Positions 45,601 through 50,971 of a stretch of 50,971 bases of DNA are shown here, piece by piece. Origin of the DNA: Escherichia phage herni; sequence record NC_049823.1; one strand, given 5' to 3'. The position numbers were made by a program, and so were the translations under genes. Position 1 is the first letter of the stretch, and every line of letters starts with the position of its first letter. The notes beneath the pieces were generated by a model. The model made no database searches. It saw nothing but the letters and a program-made list of their open reading frames with translations, and was not told where the DNA came from.

Positions 45601-46061
45601 CATGGGCTGGCGTTAATGGAGTTGGCGCACAGTACGCAATGAAACTTGGATTGACATACAACGGTCAGAAGTACAGTGCTGGTATGGTGATGCAGCTTTC
45701 GCAGGGTTCATCCGGCCTTATTTCGCAGATTTTGTTTGATGCGAACAGGTTCGCTATCATGACAAGTTCGACCGGAGGGTCGTATACATTGCCTTTTGTG
45801 GTTGAAAATAACCAAGTTTTCATTAACAGCCTGTTAGTGAAAAACGGATCAATCACAAACGCCATGATCGGTAACTTCATCCAATCAAACAATTACGTTT
45901 GGAATCAAACAGGATGGAGGCTGGATAAAAACGGAACGTTTGAAAATTATGGTTCTACTCCTGGAGAGGGGGCCATGAAAATGACAAACGAAACGATCAG
46001 CGTTAGGGATGCAAACGGCGTTTTGCGTGTTCAGATTGGTAGGCTTACTGGTACGTGGTAA
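42636..46061 (+). CDS. host specificity / central tail fibre protein (lambda J-like)
   Basis: 1141 aa; position after the K/I-like genes; fibronectin-III-like segment; C-terminal heptad-like ETEAR repeats. Confidence 0.85.
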   Translation: MAENMITGSKGGSSKPYVPKEMEDNLISINKIKILLAVSDGECDPSFTLRDLYLDDVPVIADDGTVNYQGVKAEFRPGTQTQDYIQGFTDTSSEVTLARDITTSNPYVISVTNKTLSAIRIKMLMPTGIKQEDNGDLVGVKVTYAVDMAVDGDSYKEVLLDTIEGKTRSGYDRSRRIDLPAFNDRVLLRVRRVTADSASSRVTDLIKLQSYAEVIDAKFRYPLTGLVYVELDSELFPNQIPNISIKKKWKLINVPSNYDPVMREYHGSWDGTFKKAWSNNPAWVLYDIITNQRYGLDQRELGVQVDKWSLYEAAQYCDQKVPDGKGGTEPRYLCDVVIQSQIEAYQLIRDICSIFRGMSFWNGESLSIVIDKPRDPSYIFTNDNVVDGDFQYTTASEKSMYTQCNVTFDDEQNMYQQDVEGVFDTEAALRFGYNPTSITAIGCTRRSEANRRGRWILKTNLRSTTVNFATGLEGMIPSIGDVIAIADNFHSSNLKLNLSGRVMEVSGLQVFAPFKIDARPGDFIIINKPDGKPVKRTISKVSGDGKTIELNIGFGFEVKPDTVFAIDRTDIALQQYVVTSIGKGDDDDEFTYSITAVEYDPNKYDEIDYGVNIDDRPTSIVQPDTMAAPENVQISSYSRIVQGASVETMVVSWDKVPYASLYEMQWRKGDGNWLNTPQTANKEIEVEGIYSGNYQVRVRSVSASGSTSPWSRIVTASLTGKVGEPGAPVNLTASDNEVFGIRVKWGMPEGSGDTAYIELHQSPDGTAENSSLLTLIPYPQYEYWHGTLPAGHVVWYRIRSVDRIGNVSGWTDFVRGMASDDVEAVLGNILDKIFDTEAGKDLKENAIDSANKIKDQAQSIIQNALANDADVRIMRKENGKRKAEFRQSIQLIADETEARVTAMTQLKAEFDEEITSEVTRLDQAIATESETRATAIEELKSQIGDDIQGQLTRVEEAIASETEARVSADTALTAKFGDVESALTEKLDSWAGVNGVGAQYAMKLGLTYNGQKYSAGMVMQLSQGSSGLISQILFDANRFAIMTSSTGGSYTLPFVVENNQVFINSLLVKNGSITNAMIGNFIQSNNYVWNQTGWRLDKNGTFENYGSTPGEGAMKMTNETISVRDANGVLRVQIGRLTGTW

Positions 46062-46066
46062 AATCA

Positions 46067-46092
46067 AAGCGGGGCATTTGCCCCGCATTTAT
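46067..46092 (+). terminator. rho-independent terminator
   Basis: GCGGGGC-attt-GCCCCGC followed by ATTTAT. Confidence 0.5.
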
Positions 46093-46104
46093 GGAGGTTT
46101 AATA

Positions 46105-46410
46105 ATGGCTGAATATGGTGTTTCAACGTGGGATGCTAACGGGAAGTATAACAACTACGGAATCAAGCCAGTTTCCGTTGTTGGTGTCATTAGCCTTGCG
46201 GCTGGTCAGACAAGCGGATCGTGGAGCTTTAGCATTCCAAGTGGTTTTAAGGTTGGGTATGTTGTTTCGCTTGATGAGGGTGCTAGAGGGGTTGGAAGGG
46301 AAATAGTAGCATCTGGAAACACAATAAGAATCAGTCCTACATCTTCAGTTGGTGCAAATAGATATTCTTCTTCAAAGTGTGAGTTAGTTGTTTTTCTTGA
46401 GAGGGCTTAA
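46105..46410 (+). CDS. hypothetical protein (101 aa), MAEYG paralogue 1
   Basis: Start at MAEYGVSTWDANGKY with GGAGG Shine-Dalgarno. Confidence 0.5.
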   Translation: MAEYGVSTWDANGKYNNYGIKPVSVVGVISLAAGQTSGSWSFSIPSGFKVGYVVSLDEGARGVGREIVASGNTIRISPTSSVGANRYSSSKCELVVFLERA

Positions 46411-46411
46411 A

Positions 46412-47053
46412 ATGGCTGAATATGGAGCAATGTTATCTTTATCAAATGGGAATCCATTTATCACACCAAAATCAACGCCATTTTGCTTATATGGCAAGTA
46501 CACTTATTCATCTTCTGGCACTTCTGCCTATCATAGCGCAAGCGCAAATATACCATTGAATCAATCTTATCCATGTATGGCATTTATAAAAACAACAAAC
46601 ACACAGCAGCCAACTGCATTAATAGCTTACAGGAATGGTGGCAACATTTATGTAAACGGAGGCAATCCATACGGGCAATCATTTACAATGACTGTTTATA
46701 TATTTGCCATATTCCCTCAAACTCTACCCAAATATGGTATGGCTATATGGGATGCAAGCGGCAAGTTGGTTTTAACTAATGAAAGCAGGGTGCTAACAGA
46801 TCTTGTTACAATTGGTACTCCTGGTTCTTCAGGTGGAACGAATATAGATCAAACGTTATCTGGTTCTTATGCCGTTTGCCCTTCAAGGCTTGGTGCGGTT
46901 GTAGGCATGGGTGCTTCTGACATATATACATCATGCAGGTATGATGGTTCAAGCACAAGGATAGGTGCAGCAAGGACAACGCCAGGAACAGGATCTATAA
47001 CAAATAACGGAAATTCAATAATTGCAATAAGGACTGATATTTACGACCAATGA
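46412..47053 (+). CDS. hypothetical Ser/Thr/Gly-rich protein (213 aa), MAEYG paralogue 2
   Basis: Start at MAEYGAMLSL; internal YGMAIWDASGKL resembles the N-terminus of the previous gene. Confidence 0.5.
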   Translation: MAEYGAMLSLSNGNPFITPKSTPFCLYGKYTYSSSGTSAYHSASANIPLNQSYPCMAFIKTTNTQQPTALIAYRNGGNIYVNGGNPYGQSFTMTVYIFAIFPQTLPKYGMAIWDASGKLVLTNESRVLTDLVTIGTPGSSGGTNIDQTLSGSYAVCPSRLGAVVGMGASDIYTSCRYDGSSTRIGAARTTPGTGSITNNGNSIIAIRTDIYDQ

Positions 47054-47082
47054 AAAAGGGGCTTTCGCCCCTTTATTTTTAT
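47053..47082. terminator. bidirectional rho-independent terminator between convergent genes
   Basis: GGGGC-tttc-GCCCC flanked by an A-run upstream and a T-run downstream. Confidence 0.6.
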
Positions 47083-47310
47083 TTACATACTGCAATCAGC
47101 GTTTTTAAAGTTATCAATACTTACCCACTGAAAATTAAACGGATAGCCAGCCTTAACAAGAGTGCGGTCGCCAACTCGTTTTACTCCAAAAATAGCAACT
47201 GAATACTGCATACCGCTATTTTCATAAATAGCCGTGCATTCACGCTTAGGCATATTTGCGCAACCAGTCAGGGTTGCGGCTGCAATCAAAACGGCGATTA
47301 ATTTTTTCAT
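47083..47310 (-). CDS. small outer-membrane lipoprotein, possibly Cor-like superinfection exclusion protein
   Basis: 75 aa; signal peptide with lipobox LTGC; size and position next to tail genes as for Cor-type proteins; functional assignment is inference. Confidence 0.45.
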   Translation of the reverse strand: MKKLIAVLIAAATLTGCANMPKRECTAIYENSGMQYSVAIFGVKRVGDRTLVKAGYPFNFQWVSIDNFKNADCSM

Positions 47311-47366
47311 CTTGGTATCTCCTTAGTTGTTGTTGGTTGCAACTATACACGATCTTGCGGCGGTCG

Positions 47367-47385
47367 TTTAGCAAAAAGTGCTATT
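47367..47385 (-). promoter_or_regulatory. conserved intergenic motif (minus orientation) upstream of the lipoprotein gene
   Basis: TTTAGCAAAAAGTGCTATT. Confidence 0.4.
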
Positions 47386-47449
47386 CTGTTCTTTTTGTTT
47401 TCCTGCGTTCTCAAATCTGCGGAGGCGTAAATTTAGCGCAAAAAGTGAG

Positions 47450-47650
47450 CAACAATAGAGCGTAATAAATACAGATAAATATATATACATATATATAAAT
47501 CAATAAGTTAGCAGTATATATATTTATATTTGTTTTTTCTTGTTATCTATGTTTTGTGTGATTTTGTGTGTCTGGTAATTTTTATGTGGTTGTGTATGTG
47601 TCAGTGCTTGTGTGTGTCTATATATCCATATCCGGCGCAAATGGAGGAAC
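47450..47650. repeat. AT-rich then TG-rich low-complexity element (copy B), homologous to 17935-18115
   Basis: AAATCAATAAGTTAGCAGTATATATATTTATATTTGTT followed by TG-rich tracts. Confidence 0.5.
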
Positions 47651-47763
47651 AAGAGAACAAAAAGACAACAAAGATATTTATCAATCACTTACATGTAAAT
47701 TTTGTTATCCGATTCGTCTGGAACGTTGTTAGAACAGAAAAAACAAAATAACTGTTGACTAAA

Positions 47764-47791
47764 CGCATTAAATAGCTAAAATGCAGGCATA
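47764..47791 (+). promoter_or_regulatory. sigma70-like promoter (TTGACT, 16 nt, TAAAAT)
   Basis: Near-consensus hexamers about 20 nt upstream of the gene at 47812. Confidence 0.5.
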
Positions 47792-47811
47792 CCAACAAAC
47801 GAGGGCAAATC

Positions 47812-48873
47812 ATGAATAAGTTTATGGCGTACACCAGCGAAGAAATGAGCAACGAGCTTTATCACGATCCAGAAGCGTGGACGGCTGATTATGTTAGCGG
47901 TTCAAGCCTGGCAGAGATTTACAGCACATGCCCGGCAGCGTGGAAGTTCAAGCCGCGTGACGACAAGAGCAAGGCGCTAGTTTTTGGTACGCAGTCGCAT
48001 ACCAACTTTGAAAGCAAGGAGCTTTTCGAAAAAACTTATCGCCGTGCGCCAGCGCCAGAAGACTTTAAGGATCTGATAACCAGCCAAACGGCGCTTGCTG
48101 CAAAGCTGAAATCATTTGGCCTGAAAGGTACAACCGGAAAGACTTACCCCGAACTTATAAAAATGATGGTTGACTGCGGAGAAGACCTTAACGTCATGTG
48201 GTTAATCGACATGATCGCAGAAAGTCAGGCCAGGGCCGATGGGGTTCAGTTAATCGAGGCTAAAGATTACGATTCGTGCGTGGCAATGCGCCAGGTTCTG
48301 GAATCAATACCGGAACATAACGCATGTATGAATAGCAAGACGGCACAGCGTGAATTATCGTTGTTCGGTGAAATTAACGGCGTAAAAGTCAAAGTGCGAT
48401 GCGATCACGTTGACGTAACAAAGAACGTCACCGCAACGCTGATTGATGGTTACGATGAAAAAGGCCAGCCGATTTGCCGCGATATTATTTATCCAGAGGC
48501 CATTGTGATCACAGACTACAAAACTACAATGAGCGCGAATCCGGCTGAGTTTATGCGCCTGGCTTACAATCACGGCTATTATTTGAAAATGGCGTTGCAA
48601 TGTGATTTATTCAGAAAAGCGTATCCAGAAGAAAAGCGACCTATAGTTGTGCGACTGTTAGCGCAAGAGAAGAAAGAGCCTTATTTGCCGTTGGCTTTCC
48701 GAATGAATAGCGAGCAGTTGAAGATCGGGCGCATTCAGTACATGAGCGTGATTAACCAGTTTGCCATGTGCCAGCAACATGACGTTTGGCCTTCGTATTC
48801 AAACGGTGAGCCTGAGGTTTGCCTTGATACTCCTGATTGGGTGCGCCGCCAGTTTAAGCAATATCTTATTTAA
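47812..48873 (+). CDS. PD-(D/E)XK recombination exonuclease
   Basis: RCDHVD and IVITDYKTT nuclease motifs; sits upstream of the Erf and SSB genes. Confidence 0.6.
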   Translation: MNKFMAYTSEEMSNELYHDPEAWTADYVSGSSLAEIYSTCPAAWKFKPRDDKSKALVFGTQSHTNFESKELFEKTYRRAPAPEDFKDLITSQTALAAKLKSFGLKGTTGKTYPELIKMMVDCGEDLNVMWLIDMIAESQARADGVQLIEAKDYDSCVAMRQVLESIPEHNACMNSKTAQRELSLFGEINGVKVKVRCDHVDVTKNVTATLIDGYDEKGQPICRDIIYPEAIVITDYKTTMSANPAEFMRLAYNHGYYLKMALQCDLFRKAYPEEKRPIVVRLLAQEKKEPYLPLAFRMNSEQLKIGRIQYMSVINQFAMCQQHDVWPSYSNGEPEVCLDTPDWVRRQFKQYLI

Positions 48874-48954
48874 ACAGCACAAATAGCTAAACAAATGAAA
48901 AATGCGGTGTTATAATTCACCGCACAAGTTAACAACAAGCGTGAGGAAATAAAC

Positions 48955-49233
48955 ATGGAAAACAAGCAAGTGTCAGAGGTGGCAGTTCATATCAACAATT
49001 TTGCAACTGGCATGGCTATGTTGCTTCGTGACTTTGTGGCGCCACTTGATCCAACTGCAGGCGAAGAAGAAATGGAGTACATCAGAAAAGTAATTGATGC
49101 GGTCGATAACGTCGTACTTATTGCAACAATGAGCGAAGACAACGATGAAGCAATCAAGGCGGTAAAAGAAAGTTCTGATCGCATGATGGAAAATCTGATT
49201 AAATTACACACCAAAGAAGAAACAAAGCACTAA
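48955..49233 (+). CDS. hypothetical protein (92 aa, acidic)
   Basis: ORF track; GAGGAAA Shine-Dalgarno. Confidence 0.5.
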   Translation: MENKQVSEVAVHINNFATGMAMLLRDFVAPLDPTAGEEEMEYIRKVIDAVDNVVLIATMSEDNDEAIKAVKESSDRMMENLIKLHTKEETKH

Positions 49234-49278
49234 CAGCAATAAGGCGGCGAAAGCCGCCATTAATTACGGGAATTAATC

Positions 49279-49935
49279 ATGAAACTATCAGAGCAATTCG
49301 ACAAGGTTTTGCCAGCACTGCATAAGGCGCGCAGTTTGTTTGTAAAGGTGAAGAAGGATAAGCAAAACACGCACCTTAAAAACCGTTACGCAACACTTGA
49401 TGCCGTACTTGATGCAATCACTCCAGCACTCAACGATAACGAGCTAATGTTGATGCAGGATATGATTGAAAGCGAACAACCTAACCGAATCAAGGTTGAA
49501 ACTACAGTCATGCATGTTTCCGGTCAGTGGGTTAAATTCTATGCTGAATTACCAATAGTTAAAAACGATCCTCAAGGCGTCGGATCTGCATTCACATATG
49601 CTCGTCGTTATGCAGCCGCAGCCGCATTTGGATTAAGCCAGGCAGACGATGACGCACAGATTGCCGTTAAATCTGCAAACGACTGGAAGCGTGACATTGA
49701 GAAATGTGAAAGCGTAAACGAATTACAAGAAGTGCTCAAATCAGCATGGAAGGCAAGCGATCCGGCAAGCAAGCAGGTAATTAAAGAGCATTACGAAAAA
49801 CGCAAAGCAGAGCTTGAGATAGGCAAAGCACGAGGATTTAATCCAGCACAACCAAAACAAAATCTTGCCTCGCCAGAAGTTGACACAAAAAACGACGAGC
49901 AAGTAAAATCACAAAGTATCACTGATTTTGAATAA
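49279..49935 (+). CDS. erf: Erf-family single-strand annealing protein
   Basis: N-terminal region with NRYATLDAV and FTYARRYA typical of the Erf family. Confidence 0.65.
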   Translation: MKLSEQFDKVLPALHKARSLFVKVKKDKQNTHLKNRYATLDAVLDAITPALNDNELMLMQDMIESEQPNRIKVETTVMHVSGQWVKFYAELPIVKNDPQGVGSAFTYARRYAAAAAFGLSQADDDAQIAVKSANDWKRDIEKCESVNELQEVLKSAWKASDPASKQVIKEHYEKRKAELEIGKARGFNPAQPKQNLASPEVDTKNDEQVKSQSITDFE

Positions 49936-49942
49936 TTGACAT

Positions 49943-49964
49943 GGGGCGCTTGCGCCCCTTTCTT
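49943..49964 (+). terminator. rho-independent terminator
   Basis: GGGGCGC-tt-GCGCCCC followed by TTTCTT. Confidence 0.55.
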
Positions 49965-49979
49965 ACAGGAGTATAAAAC

Positions 49980-50429
49980 ATGCATATTATTACTGGTGAG
50001 ATCCGAAAAGAGCCGCGAGTAAAGCAAATGCCTAACGGCAGCACACTTTATGTGGTTGAGCTTTCAGAGCGATACAAAGATAAAGATGGAAACTGGCAAT
50101 ATACAAACTACAGTTTCTTTTTTAATGCTAAAACAGAAGGTCTTAAGGGTTGGTATGATGAGGCGTTCCAGGTTGGCAAGGTTATTTCTTTATCTTGCGA
50201 CACGCTGCGCATTGAGACGCGTGAATATAACGGAAAGATGTATTCAAGTTTAATGCCAGGAGGATTTGCAAATCTTATCTTCAGCCAGCGCGGTGAAAGC
50301 CAGCAACAATATCAGCAGCGAACGCAAGGAGGATGGGGCCAACAACAACAGAATCAACCGCAACAACCTCAACAGCCAAGACAAAGCAATCAACCTCCTA
50401 TGGACTTTGACGACGACATCCCTTTCTGA
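49980..50429 (+). CDS. ssb: single-stranded DNA-binding protein
   Basis: OB-fold-like N-terminal region, Gln/Gly-rich linker, acidic C-terminal tail DFDDDIPF. Confidence 0.8.
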   Translation: MHIITGEIRKEPRVKQMPNGSTLYVVELSERYKDKDGNWQYTNYSFFFNAKTEGLKGWYDEAFQVGKVISLSCDTLRIETREYNGKMYSSLMPGGFANLIFSQRGESQQQYQQRTQGGWGQQQQNQPQQPQQPRQSNQPPMDFDDDIPF

Positions 50430-50435
50430 TCAACA

Positions 50436-50458
50436 AAGGGGCATTACGCCCCTTTATC
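50436..50458. terminator. bidirectional terminator between convergent genes
   Basis: GGGGC-atta-GCCCC flanked by A and T runs. Confidence 0.5.
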
Positions 50459-50701
50459 ACTTTCAGCCATCCCAAGCACGGCAATTACTTTAACAGCAAT
50501 TCTCTTTGCTAGTTCAGTTTGATGCGCATTTAATTTTCCGGTAGTCATTATTGACAGCATTCCGCTCATACTACCTAGCCCGTTAAAATCTGACATTGCT
50601 GATTTCATTATTGATATTGGCAAATGACCTTCGTCAGCTATTGTGTGCGCTCTCTCTGACAGGTCTTTAACTACCTGATCAATTCCTTCACTTTTCGTCA
50701 T
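50444..50701 (-). CDS. hypothetical protein (85 aa)
   Basis: ORF track. Confidence 0.45.
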   Translation of the reverse strand: MTKSEGIDQVVKDLSERAHTIADEGHLPISIMKSAMSDFNGLGSMSGMLSIMTTGKLNAHQTELAKRIAVKVIAVLGMAESDKGA

Positions 50702-50957
50702 TTGCTTTTCCTTCAGGAGTTGATTGTTGTTCTGGCATTACAGGCCATGGGCTAATTGATTCCCTTTCTGCGACTGGCTTTTCAGGTTCAATTCCTAAAA
50801 ACTTTCCTACAAACTCACCAACAAAATTTGAGCTATCGCTTACATAAACATGCATCCTGTCCAGATCTGCAACAGTAACGCTATTTGGTGCGATCATGAT
50901 CCTCTGTTGGTGAAAACCGATATACATCACATTAGCCGGACGCTCAAGAGTCCCCAT
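50688..50957 (-). CDS. hypothetical protein (89 aa)
   Basis: ORF track; start close to the window end. Confidence 0.45.
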   Translation of the reverse strand: MGTLERPANVMYIGFHQQRIMIAPNSVTVADLDRMHVYVSDSSNFVGEFVGKFLGIEPEKPVAERESISPWPVMPEQQSTPEGKANDEK

Positions 50958-50971
50958 ATTTGGCGCAATTA

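Noticed and set aside
4571-47385. The repeated 21-bp motif as a CRISPR array or terminal repeat
   Set aside because: Copies are separated by whole genes at irregular 0.5-4 kb spacing and occur on both strands, which is incompatible with a CRISPR repeat-spacer structure.
47530-47751. 73-aa Cys-rich ORF across the TG-rich element
   Set aside because: No ATG start (track start is TTG) and no Shine-Dalgarno; the Cys/Val/Phe-rich translation is the expected artefact of TG-rich DNA.
1-50971. tRNA genes, integrase or attachment site
   Set aside because: Non-coding stretches over 100 bp were read for cloverleaf-like structure and none convincingly found, and no tyrosine or serine recombinase-like ORF was seen. 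A tRNAscan run would be needed to exclude tRNAs formally.

Overview
The window reads as a densely coded tailed-phage genome segment, most consistent with a virulent T1-like siphovirus; no integrase, tRNA, rRNA or CRISPR array was recognised. All calls are from reading the sequence and the ORF track, with no database searches. Layout: a leftward arm (1-4557) with a side tail fibre and primase; a rightward early/replication arm (4571-11061) with helicase, VRR-NUC nuclease, Dam-like methyltransferase, an HTH-metallophosphoesterase and a lysis cassette; a leftward block of about 20 small early genes (11075-17569) including a putative C5 cytosine methyltransferase; a rightward block of small genes (18305-26516); the packaging, head and tail module (26597-47053) with a lambda-like tail tip set; and a recombination module (47812-50429). 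The most striking signals are (i) a roughly 21-bp motif AAATAGCACTTTTTGTTAAAA present in about 20 intergenic copies, usually swallowing the upstream stop codon and followed by a hairpin and an ATAAT-like hexamer, (ii) two homologous AT/TG-rich elements at the two divergent junctions about 29.5 kb apart, and (iii) a textbook -1 frameshift site in the tail assembly chaperone. Many start codons were re-picked from the ORF track using Shine-Dalgarno context and are uncertain by one candidate start.
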